64,000 bases of DNA from Limnothrix sp. BL-A-16 (GTDB taxonomy: Bacteria > Cyanobacteriota > Cyanobacteriia > CACIAM-69d): positions 1,504,001 to 1,568,000 of the forward strand of contig CP166615.1 of assembly GCA_041937175.2 (NCBI GenBank), given 5' to 3'. Under the pieces are notes generated by a model that saw only the letters and a list, made by a program, of their open reading frames with translations, had not been told where the DNA came from and made no database searches. A program made the position numbers and the translations under genes. Of this stretch, positions 30,654 to 41,700 are shown in pieces. Positions within the stretch are counted from its first letter, which is position 1. Every line of letters starts with the position of its first letter.

Positions 30654-32663
30654 ATGGTCAGCTCAGAAATTCCACTGACACAAGTTTCATCTCAGTCCCT
30701 ACCCTTACCCGTGCGCCGCAAGTTTCGTCTCCGTACCACCCTGGTTTTGCCCTTTTTAGTCGAATTAGTAACCGCCGTGGGGTTGGTGGGTTGGCTGTCG
30801 TTTCGGAGCGGCCAAGAAGCAGTACGAGATTTAGCCAGTCAATTGCGCAATGAAGTGACTGCCAGGGTGAGCGATCGGGTGCGATCGTATGTGGAAACTC
30901 CCCAGTTAGTGAATCAGGTTAATCGCGACGCGATCGAACTGGGTATTATTGATCTGCAAAAAATTGCCGAAGCAAGAACTTATTTTTGGCGACAAACCAT
31001 CACCTACAAAAATATTGGCTATGTGGGGTTTGCCAATCAACAGGGACAATATTTACGGGTGGGTTGGATCAATCGCCTGTCCGCAACCGAAACGCCCCAA
31101 ATTGCTGAGCAACTCATTCCCGGTGGCGGCAACTTAAACTATTACGAAATTGACGACAAAGGACAACGAGCTAAGTTAGCCAAAAGCGTGCCTAACTATG
31201 ATGTGCGCAAACGGCCCTTTTACGAAGTGGCTTTCAAGGCTGGGAAACCCACCTGGAGCAAAATTTATCTCAACTTCGGAAATCCCCTGTTGCAGATTAA
31301 TGCCAGCCTGCCCATTTACGATCGCAATGGGCAGCCTGCGGGTATCTTAACCAGTCAATTTGGCACGGATCAGATTCGCGGCTTTTTGCAGACTTTGCAA
31401 GTTGGTAAAACGGGTCAGGTTTTTATTGTTGAACCCAGCGGCGAACTGGTGGCCACTTCCTTGAAAAATCAACCCCTTTGGGTTGAACAATCCCAGAAAG
31501 CCAAAAAAGAACTACAACGGGTTCATGCGCTCCAAAGTAATAATCAGCTTTTGCGATCGAGCGCTGAATTCCTATACGGTCAATTTGATCAACTCTCCAA
31601 TATTCATCGCGATCATCAGTTTGAATTTTGGCTGAATAATGAACGTCAATTCCTGCAAATTTCGCCCTTCAAGGATGCCTATGGCTTGAATTGGCTGATT
31701 GTGGTGGTGGTTCCCGAATCGGATTTCATGGCCAAAATTAATGAAAACACCAGAAACACGATCGCCCTTTGCTTTTTGGCGCTTTTAGTTTCGGTTCCAA
31801 TCGGAATTTTAACGGCCCGTTGGATTACCCAGCCCATTTGCCGAATTGCCCAAGCTTCGGGAGAGATGGCCAAGGGCAATTTAGAGCAAACCGTTGCCAG
31901 CAGCCCGATCATTGAAGTCGATCGCCTGGCGGATGCTTTCAACAGCATGGCCACCCAACTTCAGCAGTCCTTTGAAGAATTGGAGCAGCGGGTGGAACGG
32001 CGTACCGCTGAACTGCGCAAGGAAAAGGAGCGATCGGAATTATTATTGCTGAATATTTTGCCCAGTCGGGTGGCCGATCAGCTCAAGGATTCCAACGAAT
32101 CACCAGCGGAGCAATTTGAGGAAGCAACGATTCTGTTTGCCGATATTGTGGGCTTCACCACCCTGGCGGCGCAACTGGAGCCTTTGGAATTAATTAATTG
32201 CTTAAACCAAGTTTTCTCCACCTTTGATCGGCTCGCAGAAAAGCACCATCTCGAAAAAATCAAGACGATCGGGGATGCCTACATGGTGGTGGGGGGCGTG
32301 CCGGTTCCCCAGTCTAACCATGCGGAATCCGTGGCGGATATGGCCTTGGAAATGCGATCGAGCATGGCCCATGCACTGGGGCCCTTGGGTGAACGGTTGG
32401 AAATCCGGATTGGCATCAACACGGGCCCTGTGATTGCCGGTGTGATTGGCACGAAAAAGTTCATCTACGATCTATGGGGCGATGCGGTTAATATTGCTTC
32501 GCGGATGGAGTCCCATGGGGTTCCTGGCTCGATTCAAGTCACCGACTCTACCTATGAACGGCTGAAGGATCGCTATCACTTTGAAGAACGGGGTTCAATT
32601 CACATCAAAGGTCGTGGTGAAATGAATACCTACTGGCTGCTGGACAAGCGATCGACCCTGTAG
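30654..32663 (+). CDS. Membrane adenylate cyclase (Cache-HAMP-class III cyclase)
   Basis: Two TM helices around a Cache-like domain, HAMP, ILFADIVGFT, EKIKTIGDAYM, YDLWGDAVNIASRMES (K/D indicate ATP specificity); start could be 30558. Confidence 0.92.
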   Translation: MVSSEIPLTQVSSQSLPLPVRRKFRLRTTLVLPFLVELVTAVGLVGWLSFRSGQEAVRDLASQLRNEVTARVSDRVRSYVETPQLVNQVNRDAIELGIIDLQKIAEARTYFWRQTITYKNIGYVGFANQQGQYLRVGWINRLSATETPQIAEQLIPGGGNLNYYEIDDKGQRAKLAKSVPNYDVRKRPFYEVAFKAGKPTWSKIYLNFGNPLLQINASLPIYDRNGQPAGILTSQFGTDQIRGFLQTLQVGKTGQVFIVEPSGELVATSLKNQPLWVEQSQKAKKELQRVHALQSNNQLLRSSAEFLYGQFDQLSNIHRDHQFEFWLNNERQFLQISPFKDAYGLNWLIVVVVPESDFMAKINENTRNTIALCFLALLVSVPIGILTARWITQPICRIAQASGEMAKGNLEQTVASSPIIEVDRLADAFNSMATQLQQSFEELEQRVERRTAELRKEKERSELLLLNILPSRVADQLKDSNESPAEQFEEATILFADIVGFTTLAAQLEPLELINCLNQVFSTFDRLAEKHHLEKIKTIGDAYMVVGGVPVPQSNHAESVADMALEMRSSMAHALGPLGERLEIRIGINTGPVIAGVIGTKKFIYDLWGDAVNIASRMESHGVPGSIQVTDSTYERLKDRYHFEERGSIHIKGRGEMNTYWLLDKRSTL

Positions 32664-32808
32664 CCCTTCTTCAGCCCTTTGGGTTTAGCCTGTTTTGTTT
32701 CTGGGGCAGTACTTTGGGGTTGGGTTTCGGATCTGATTTTTTGAGGTGCATTGCTGAAGTTTCGGACTGAGATTTTCCAGGTGGAAATTTTCCAGACCGG
32801 AATTATTA

Positions 32809-33122
32809 GAGGCTGCTGGAAAAGTATTGCTCAGCAATTGCCCAGCTCCAATTGTTGTGGGAGCAAGGGGCTTAGGGCGTGTCGTCAAATCGCCTGAAAC
32901 CCTGATTCCACCGTTGGCAGATCGTGAGGGACAAGGGGCTTAAACCCCTCGTTGGCAGATCGTGAGGGACAAGGGGCTTAAGCCCCTTGTTACAACAACT
33001 GGGACATAGAAAATCAATCGTTTTCACCTGATCCTAGGAAATGACGACACGCCCTAATCCTCTGGTTTCCGTCGATCGCTGGGGCAAGTTGGGGTATCAA
33101 TTTGGGCTTTTCAGACATCTTC
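32809..33122. mobile_element. MITE family A, interrupted by a family B element
   Basis: Ends gaggctgctggaaaag / cttttcagacatcttc; TTA on both sides; 132 bp once the insert is removed. Confidence 0.85.
32875..33054. mobile_element. MITE family B (180 bp)
   Basis: Ends gggcgtgtcgtca / tgacgacacgccc; TA on both sides; two internal copies of the palindrome in a ~38-bp tandem duplication. Confidence 0.9.
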
Positions 33123-33183
33123 TTAGATTGAGATTTCTCGTTTTAGGTTGAGATTCCTCGTTGAAGTTTTTGGGCTAAAGGCA

Positions 33184-34251
33184 ATGACCGATCGTTTAGG
33201 ACTGGCGGTATTTGGGGCGGGTCGGTGGGGAACGCATCTGATTCGAAATTTTTTGGAGCACCCCCGATCGCACCTGAAGGCCGTGGTGGAAACCAATCCA
33301 GACCTGCTAGCCGCCGTGGGCGATCGATTTGCCAGCTATCCCGGTTGGGCCGGGGTGCAGCGGGTCAGCGACAGCCGATCAATCTGGAGCAATCCGGACA
33401 TTGGGGCCGTGGTGATTGCCACGCCGGCCGCCAGCCATTTTGAACTGGTGCGATCGGCGCTGTTGGCGGGCAAGCATGTGCTGGTGGAAAAGCCCCTAAC
33501 CCTGGATGTGGCTGAGTGCGAGGATTTGTGTACCCTGGCGCAACGGGTCGATCGCCGGCTGATGGTTGACCATACCTATCTTTTTCATCCGGCAGTGGAA
33601 GCGGGGGCCAAGGCTCTGCGATCGGGCGCGATCGGCAATCGGCGCTACGGCTATGCGGCTCGCACCCATTTGGGCCCCGTGCGCCAGGATGTGGATGTGT
33701 TGTGGGACTTGGCCATTCACGACATTGCCATCTTTAACCATTGGCTGCAGTCAACCCCGATCGCCCTGCAAGCCAAGGGGCAAACCTGGTTACAACGGGG
33801 GCGCGGAACTGGGCTGGAGGTGACCGATCGCCCCAGTCCTGCGGCGGGCTTGGCGGATTTGGTTTGGCTTACCCTTTACTATCCTGAGCAGTTCACCGCC
33901 ACGATTCACCTGGCTTGGCACAATCCCGATCGGGCCCGGCGTTTGGCCCTGGTCGGAACCGAAGGAACGTTGGTTTTTGATGAAATGAACGCCCGATCGC
34001 CCCTCACCCTGTGGGCGGGATCCTTGGAACAATCTGGCAGCCATTGGCTTCCTTGCAACCAATCGGAGCAGTCGATCGAGTTAGCGAGCGGTGAACCCCT
34101 GGGGCAGGTTTGCGATCAATTCCTGGCCGGCGTTTTGGACGGCGCACCGCTCGATCGCTCCGATGGTTCCGTCGGCACGGCCCTGGTGCGGTTGTTGGCG
34201 GCTGCTTCGCGATCGTTAGCCCGCCAAGGGGAACTGGTTTGGGTTCCTTAG
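33184..34251 (+). CDS. Gfo/Idh/MocA family oxidoreductase
   Basis: GAGRWG, IATPAASH, HVLVEKP, WDLAIHD. Confidence 0.92.
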   Translation: MTDRLGLAVFGAGRWGTHLIRNFLEHPRSHLKAVVETNPDLLAAVGDRFASYPGWAGVQRVSDSRSIWSNPDIGAVVIATPAASHFELVRSALLAGKHVLVEKPLTLDVAECEDLCTLAQRVDRRLMVDHTYLFHPAVEAGAKALRSGAIGNRRYGYAARTHLGPVRQDVDVLWDLAIHDIAIFNHWLQSTPIALQAKGQTWLQRGRGTGLEVTDRPSPAAGLADLVWLTLYYPEQFTATIHLAWHNPDRARRLALVGTEGTLVFDEMNARSPLTLWAGSLEQSGSHWLPCNQSEQSIELASGEPLGQVCDQFLAGVLDGAPLDRSDGSVGTALVRLLAAASRSLARQGELVWVP

Positions 34252-34449
34252 AAAGGCGATCCAAGGCTCACGATCGCAACAATACTCCCAACAGTGATCC
34301 CAACGCTGGCGGCGGGTTCTGATCACCGGCTGCCGGCCCCCGAGTCAAGGGGCAACTTGCGCAAATTCGCATTGCCCGTTTGGCCCTTCGGTGGGACACT
34401 GAGACTCGATCGAATTTCAGGACGACTTTTAGGACGACCCACGGCGATC

Positions 34450-35748
34450 ATGCGAATTCTGTTCTTGCATCCCAACTTCCCCGCACAGTTTCGCCACGTC
34501 GCGGCGGCCCTCGGGCGTGACCCCGAAAACCAAGTGGTTTTTGGCACGAAAAACGAAAACCCTGAGTGGCAAATTGCCGGCGTTCAAAAAGTATTGTTCA
34601 AACCCAGCCGCGACCCCGCCCCTGGAACCCATCACTACATCCGCCCCTTCGAGGCCGCCGTGCTTCAGGGGCAATCCATGTTCCGGGTGGCCGAAGCGCT
34701 GAAATCCAATGGGTTTGTGCCCGACGTGGTTTATGGCCACTCCGGCTGGGGATCCACCCTGTTCATGAAAGATGCCTTCCCGGACACCAAGCTCTTGGGC
34801 TATTTCGAGTGGTTTTATAAATCTAAGGGAGCCGATGCGGACTTTGATCCGGCGGAACCCCTGTCCGTGGACGATCAGGCCCGGATTCGGATTAAAAATG
34901 CGTCGATTTTGCAGGATCTCTACACCTGCGATCGGGGAATTTGCCCCACGGCCTGGCAGCGATCGCAATTTCCTGCCGAATACCAATCCAAGCTGCATGT
35001 GCTGCACGACGGCGTAGACACCGATTTCTTTGTGCCCGAGCCGAACGCCAAGCTCGTGCTGCCGAATTTGGACTTGTCCCATGTGGATGAAATCGTTACC
35101 TACGTGGGTCGGGGTATGGAACCCTATCGCGGTTTCCCCGAATTCATGGAATCGTTGGTTTATTTGCAAGAAAAGCGCCCCAACTGCCATGTGGTGATTG
35201 TGGGGAGTGATCGGGTTTGCTATGGCCGCGCCCTGCCCGACGGCAAAACCTACAAGCAACTGATGCTGGAACGGTTGCCCCTGGATCTGTCGCGGATCCA
35301 CTTTGTTGGTTCCTTGCCCTATGGCCTGTACCTGAAGGTGCTGCAAGCCTCGAAGGCTCACATTTATCTCACGCGGCCCTTTGTGCTCTCCTGGTCGATG
35401 ATTGAATCCATGTCGGCCGGTTGCTTGGTGGTGGGTTCGGCCACCGCGCCCGTGCAGGAAGTGATTCGCGACGGGGAAAACGGCCTGTTAGCGGATTTCT
35501 TCTCGCCCAAGCAAATTGCCGATCGGGTGTCGGAAGTGCTGGATCACCCCACCCAAATGGCCCACATTCGCCAAGCGGCCCGCAACACCGTTCTGGAGCG
35601 CTATTCACACCAAGCGCTCCTTTGGCGACATGTGCAGTTCCTGAAGGATTTTGCGGCTGATCGCCTGCCGCCGATTCAATATCCCCCCGCCAGCACCTTG
35701 GTGGATTACTACAACGAACCCAGTCGCGAGCCGGCCACAGTGGTCTAG
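34450..35748 (+). CDS. Glycosyltransferase family 4
   Basis: MRILFLHPNFPAQFRH, HSGWG, RGMEPYRGF, PFVLSWSMIESM. Confidence 0.92.
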   Translation: MRILFLHPNFPAQFRHVAAALGRDPENQVVFGTKNENPEWQIAGVQKVLFKPSRDPAPGTHHYIRPFEAAVLQGQSMFRVAEALKSNGFVPDVVYGHSGWGSTLFMKDAFPDTKLLGYFEWFYKSKGADADFDPAEPLSVDDQARIRIKNASILQDLYTCDRGICPTAWQRSQFPAEYQSKLHVLHDGVDTDFFVPEPNAKLVLPNLDLSHVDEIVTYVGRGMEPYRGFPEFMESLVYLQEKRPNCHVVIVGSDRVCYGRALPDGKTYKQLMLERLPLDLSRIHFVGSLPYGLYLKVLQASKAHIYLTRPFVLSWSMIESMSAGCLVVGSATAPVQEVIRDGENGLLADFFSPKQIADRVSEVLDHPTQMAHIRQAARNTVLERYSHQALLWRHVQFLKDFAADRLPPIQYPPASTLVDYYNEPSREPATVV

Positions 35749-35891
35749 GGATCTGCAACCCCTGCCAGCCGGTCTGAGCAATGGAGGGCCCAAGCGGGCG
35801 GGGGTTGATCAACGGTCGTGATTCTGGCCAATTTTTCCCCTCCAATTTGCGCGTTTTGCCAACTTCGCCTCCCTCTGCCCTGGATTTTGTC

Positions 35892-38642
35892 ATGGATGAT
35901 GCTGCTGTTTCTCAGGCCCTTACGCGGGCGATCCAACTGCTGCGATCGGGTCAGCTCGAACAATCGGGCCTGATTTACAAGAAAATCCTGGAGCACCATC
36001 CCAACCACCCGGAGGCGCTGCACTGGTTCGGGGCGATCGCCTATCAAATGGGCGAAATGGCGATCGCGGTGGAATATGTGGAAAAAGCCCTCACCCTCAC
36101 TCCCAACGATCCGGCGGTGTTGAACACCTCGGGGCTGATTTGCCACGCGATCGGCAGTTGGGATCAGGCGCTTCAGTATTACACCAAGGCCCAAAAGATC
36201 AAGCCCGACAGTCCGGAGGTGTTGGATAACCTGCGGGTCTTGGTGGCGGATCTGTTGCCGGCCTACAGCCAATATGCCCAGTGGCATTACTTGGCGGGTA
36301 GTTTCGATCGCGTGGCCGAAATTGAGCTGGTGTCGGGCAACCTGCTGCTGGAGATTGGTGACCTGGCCGGCGCTGAACAACACTATCGTCGGGGGTTGGC
36401 CGTGCGCCCAACCCTCTGGGGCATCGAAGCGCCCGCCGCCGTGATTCAGGCCGATCGCGCCGGCCAGCCCGTTCCCCCCAAAGCCAGCCAAACCACCTGC
36501 GACTTGGGACGCGAAGCCGACCTGCGCACCATGGCGAGCGCGGTTCCCTTTGCCCAGTTGTTGGAGCGGTTGGGGGCGTTACTGTTCGATCGGGGTGAAT
36601 TGGACGCGGCCCATGAGTTGGTAACCGAAGCCCTCGCAATCCAAAATGCCTTCCCGGAAGCCCATAAACTGCTGGGCAACATCATGCTCGGCCGCGGCAA
36701 CTACCAAGAAGCCGCCAACGCTTACCAAACCGCTGTGCAGTTGAACCCCAACTACGCGGAAGCTTGGTCAAACCTGGGCAGCATTCTGCTGGGCAAGCGG
36801 CAAACGGACGAGGCAATCCAATGCTTTCAGCGAGCCATTCAGGCCAATCCCCAAATGGCCCAAGCCTACTGGAGCATGGGTTGCACCTTTGAAGTGGCCG
36901 ACAAAAAGGAAGAGGCCATTCAGTGCTGGCAACAGGCCTTGGCGGTGGATCCGAAAGTGCAAGGGATTCAGGGCTACATCCGAATTGCCCAAACCCTGGT
37001 TGGCATGGGCAAGCGCCCGGAAGGGTTTGAGTGGTATGAGCGGGCGATCCACTTCGATCGCAAGCACCTGGATGCCCATTGGGACTTGATGGAACATCTA
37101 TTGTTCTGGGGATATTTGCCCCAGGCCCGCCAAGTGGCCGATCGCTGCTGGCGCACCTTCAACGAGCCAGGCAGCAGCCCCCGGGAGCGCGTCCTTGCGG
37201 GCATCATCTCGACCAAAGCCTTTTGTTTTATAGGATTGGGCCAGGTGGCCCGTCAGCGGTTCCTGGAAATCGAAGGCGAGTTTGTGCAGGTCATTGACCA
37301 GCTCTCTCCCTTCGACATCACGAAGCTCTATGGGAACGTGCTGTTTGATATGCCCCACTTGCGCGACGATGTAGCGGCCAACACTCGGGTGGCCAATGCC
37401 CTGGCGGAGGCCTATCGCAAGCTGGTGGAAAATGCCTTTAAGGATCACCAGGCCGCCAGCAGCCCCCTGTATGCCATGCCCACGGCCCGATCGCCCCGCA
37501 CGTCCGATCGGCTGCGGATTGGGTTCATGTCTCGCCACTATCGCCGCCATTCCGTGGGGTGGTGCAGTGGCGAAATCCTCACCGCCCTCAAGGAGCATAC
37601 GCCGCACCTGTTCCTTTATGTCACTGGCGACATGCCCAAGGACGATCGAACCAAGGTGTTTGAAGGCTTGGCCGAAAAGTTCTACATGCCCGGTGAAGAA
37701 GGATTCCCCGATGCCAACGCCCCCACCATCATTCGCCGGGCCCGGGAAGACAACCTCGATATCTTGTTTGACCTCGATTCGATCACGATCCTGCCCCACG
37801 CGGAAGTGCTCTATCACCGGCCCGCGCCCGTTTGCCTGACCTGGTTGGGCTACGATGCGCCCCACATTTGCCCCGATAACTACAACCTGGTGGACTGGAA
37901 CACCCATCCGGCCGGCGTTGAGCACTATTACATCGAAAAGCTCGTGCGGATGTCGGGTTCCTTTGCGGCTCTGTCCTATCTGCCCACTGTGCCGACCGAT
38001 CGGGCCAAACAGCGCCAAGCGTTCCGGATTGACCCCAACCAAACCATCTTCCTCAGCGTGCCCACGGGTCAAAAGGTCAGCATGGAAATGCTGCAAGCCC
38101 AAGTCCATGTGCTGCGCTATGTGCCCGATAGCATTTTGTTCTTCAAATCGCGGATTGGGGATTTGGAACTGATGCTGAGTCTCTATCACGAGGAATGCCG
38201 CCGCCAGGGCGTGAACCCCAATCGGGTGCGGCTGTTGCCCCGCACCGCCAGCGAGGAAGAACACCGGGCCGTCTATCAAATCACCGATGTGTTGCTGGAT
38301 TCCTATCCCTACAGCGGCGCAACCCACAACCTGGAAGCCCTTTACTTCAACCAACCGATCGTGACCAGGGTGGGCGAGCAGTCCTTCTCTCGCCTGGGCT
38401 ATTCCCTGATGCGGGCGGCGGGCCTTGACCGCGAGGGCATGGCCTGGACTTGGGATGAATATATTGAGTGGGGCGTGCGCTTAGGGCGCGATCGGGAGTT
38501 GTGCAGTGCGGTGCGCCACAAGCTGCAACAGGCCAAGAATCCGGCGAATCCCGCCCCGCTTTGGAACCCCAAGGGTTTTGCGGCGGAAATGTACGGAATT
38601 TTGCAAGATTTACGTAGCAAGGCAGAATTTAGCCAAGTTTAG
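35892..38642 (+). CDS. TPR-containing O-linked glycosyltransferase, SPINDLY/OGT (GT41) family
   Basis: Multiple TPRs, then LRIGFMSRHYRRHSVG, PAPVCLTWLGY, LDSYPYSGATHNLEAL. Confidence 0.9.
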   Translation: MDDAAVSQALTRAIQLLRSGQLEQSGLIYKKILEHHPNHPEALHWFGAIAYQMGEMAIAVEYVEKALTLTPNDPAVLNTSGLICHAIGSWDQALQYYTKAQKIKPDSPEVLDNLRVLVADLLPAYSQYAQWHYLAGSFDRVAEIELVSGNLLLEIGDLAGAEQHYRRGLAVRPTLWGIEAPAAVIQADRAGQPVPPKASQTTCDLGREADLRTMASAVPFAQLLERLGALLFDRGELDAAHELVTEALAIQNAFPEAHKLLGNIMLGRGNYQEAANAYQTAVQLNPNYAEAWSNLGSILLGKRQTDEAIQCFQRAIQANPQMAQAYWSMGCTFEVADKKEEAIQCWQQALAVDPKVQGIQGYIRIAQTLVGMGKRPEGFEWYERAIHFDRKHLDAHWDLMEHLLFWGYLPQARQVADRCWRTFNEPGSSPRERVLAGIISTKAFCFIGLGQVARQRFLEIEGEFVQVIDQLSPFDITKLYGNVLFDMPHLRDDVAANTRVANALAEAYRKLVENAFKDHQAASSPLYAMPTARSPRTSDRLRIGFMSRHYRRHSVGWCSGEILTALKEHTPHLFLYVTGDMPKDDRTKVFEGLAEKFYMPGEEGFPDANAPTIIRRAREDNLDILFDLDSITILPHAEVLYHRPAPVCLTWLGYDAPHICPDNYNLVDWNTHPAGVEHYYIEKLVRMSGSFAALSYLPTVPTDRAKQRQAFRIDPNQTIFLSVPTGQKVSMEMLQAQVHVLRYVPDSILFFKSRIGDLELMLSLYHEECRRQGVNPNRVRLLPRTASEEEHRAVYQITDVLLDSYPYSGATHNLEALYFNQPIVTRVGEQSFSRLGYSLMRAAGLDREGMAWTWDEYIEWGVRLGRDRELCSAVRHKLQQAKNPANPAPLWNPKGFAAEMYGILQDLRSKAEFSQV

Positions 38643-38728
38643 GGGGCATTTTGCGGCTTTTTTGCTCCTCTGCTCGCTTGCTGTTCTGAGTTCTGGCCAT
38701 GCAACAGGCGCATTATTCAAAGGGCGTA

Positions 38729-41700
38729 TTATTCAAAGGGCGCATTCAGGCAGCGGCTAACCAGTTGATGGATTTTGTCAAAGGCAAAATCGTAAATCAG
38801 TTGTCCCAAATAATCAGACAACGGGGCCTGCTCCTTGGGAATGGTCTGGAGTAATGCGCGCATGGAATCTTCAGCGCAAAGGGCCGCGGCATGTTGTAAC
38901 TGCATGAGCCAATCACGGGGCATTTTGGCCAGGAATTCTTGGACTTGTTGATGATGTCGAAGGCCCGAGAGTGCGTCAGCACGATCGCCCAATTGCTCGG
39001 GGAAAAAATTCATGAAATGGTCGGAAAAGTGATCCAGCCGTTGATTCAGCAGTTGATTCCATGGATCTGGCGTATCTAATGGATCTAGAGGCTCTTGACT
39101 ATCCAAAGCGCCATTGAAGGGCGCAACAAATTCCGGTGAGTGATTCGGTATTGTCAATAAAAAATCAGATTGATCCCTGGGAACGTGATCCAGCGGATCC
39201 GAGGATTGATCGGCTTTTTGACAGTAATAGTCCAGTTTTTGGATCAGGATTTGATCGGAAATCGGCTTGCTTAAATAGTCATCACAGCCAACTGCGATCG
39301 CCTGATCTCGATCTTCCACCAATGCCTGGGCCGTGATCGCCAAAATTACCGTTGATCGCGAAGGCTCCAACGCCCGAATTTGTTGAGTTGCCTGATAACC
39401 ATCGCAACCGGGCATTCTTAAATCCATCAAAATTAAATGCGGATGCCAATCTTGCCACCGCTGCACCGCATCAGCCCCGTCCATGGCTTCCTGCACCGCA
39501 AACCCCAATTGACTCAACAATTGCACTAATAACAGGCGATTATCTGGGCGATCGTCCACAATCAAAATGCGATAGTGCGATCGAATGGCTGCCAAACCGA
39601 TCGTTGGTGATTCTGCTGGGCGATCGCTCGCTAGAGAATCAGCCACAGCCCCCGATTCCCGGTGATTCAGCCTTGACTGAGACAACATTTTAGAATCCAG
39701 ACGATCGCCCCAGAAGGACGCGGGCGATCGAGCTAATTCAGCAATCATCGTTTGGTTTTGAGGTGGCCCCCAAGGCTGATGTTCAGACTTTTTCCCAGGC
39801 GATCGACCGGTACGCAGCGGCAGGGTAAACATAAATGTGCTCCCCAAGCCAACGGCACTTTCCACCGTCAACACTCCACCCATCAACTGCACCAACTGTT
39901 GGCTAATTGTTAAGCCTAAACCAGTGCCTTCCGAGCTTTTTTTGCCGGCTGCCGATTGGGAAAAAGCATCAAAAATCGCTTTTAAATCTTCAGATTCAAT
40001 ACCGGCTCCCGTATCAATCACTTGAAACTGAAGATAGTCATGATTACAAAACTGCCCTTTATAGGTCTCGTTTTGGCCTGGCTGAAATGTTGTAGCCTTG
40101 AAATCTGGATTCTCGGTCAATATTGGATCGCAAGCACCGGAATTAACCGGTGATCGTCCCCCTGCCAGAGATGGGTAGGGATAGACCTGAAATGTATTAA
40201 CAATTAGGGTTGAAATTAAATCAACTCGAATGGCGATCGATCCTTGGGCAGTGAACTTAATCGCATTACCAACCAAGTTGAACAGAATTTGCTTCAGTTT
40301 TTTGGAATCTAAAACAATATATCGAGGAACTCTGTCGCCAATTTCCAAAATAAGTTGATTTTCTCGCTTAAGAGCCTGTTGTTGAAAAGTAATTTGCAGG
40401 GAATAGAGAATTTCATAAAGATCTACTTCTTCTTCGTCAAGGGTAAATTGACCTGCTTCAATTTTAGAAAGATCCAAAATATCATTAATTAGCATTAATA
40501 AATGAGTACCACTATTCTGAATTAAATTCATATATTCGCGATGACTTTCTGATAAATGAATGTCGCGGTTAATGAGCTGCGAAAATCCCAAGATAATATT
40601 TAACGGTGTTCTGAGTTCATGGCTCATATTGGCCAAAAATAGACTTTTTGCTCGATTAGCGGCCTCAGCCTTATCCTTCGCTTCCTGAAGTTGCAGTTCG
40701 GCCAGCTTGCGATCGGTAATGTCACGAGCTGCCGCATAAATCACCGAGTTAACCGGCACAGAGCGCCATTCAATCCAACGATAGGAACCGTCTTTGCAAC
40801 GGTAGCGGTTCACAAATCCATGAAGTTCATTTTGATTAACCAGTTCATTCAAAGCCAGCATGGTTTCTTCAACATCCTCTGGATGAACATAGTCCATAAA
40901 CCGTGATCCCTCTAATTCTTCTAAGGGATAGCCCAGAATTTTAGACCACTGTAAATTCAAGCGCTGAAAGCGCCCGTTCACATCCGCAATACACAATAAA
41001 TCTAGTGCCACAGAAAAGAATTGATCGAGTTCTTCCGTTGTTTTAGCCAAGGCGTTGGCGATCGCCTTTTGATCTGTAATATCTTGAACAACCCCATGCC
41101 AAACAATTTCCTGATTCCCACGCAGCTCTGGGCGTGAATTGGCTTGCAACCACTTCACCTTACCGGAAGGTGTAATAATTCGCCATTCATGGCGGAAGTT
41201 CTGTAAATTTTGGCTTGACCATTCCACAGCCTGGATATAGCTTTCTTGATCATCTGGGTGAATTTGATTGAAAGTAATCATTGGATTTTGGATTGCTGCA
41301 CTGAGAGGAACTTCATGAATTTCCTCAAAAGCAGCGCTGAGATATTCATACTCCACCGGTTTTCCCGGTTCTTCCACCACGGAATAGATCACTACAGGAG
41401 ACACACTGGAAAGCCGCACTAGCCGACTTTCACTTTCACTTAAAGCATCTTGGGCAATCTTGCGATCGGTAATATCAATTGCAACGCCATACCAAGCAAT
41501 TTCACCGTTTTCTCGCCGTTTTGGGCTGGCACTTCCCTGCAACCACTTCACTTTCCCCGATGGATTGATGACTCGCCATTCATGTTCAAAGGGTCGCAAA
41601 CCTTCAATGCTACGTTCAACGGCTTGGTAATAGGCTTCTTGGTCATCGGGGTGAATGCGATCGAGCAAAGTATTGGCATCTTGTAAAAGAGTTGATACAG

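Noticed and set aside
32875..33054. Repeated palindromes as a possible mini-CRISPR array (also 53363-53621)
   Set aside because: The intervening sequences are duplicates rather than unique spacers, the units are bounded by terminal inverted repeats with TA duplications, and no cas genes are present.
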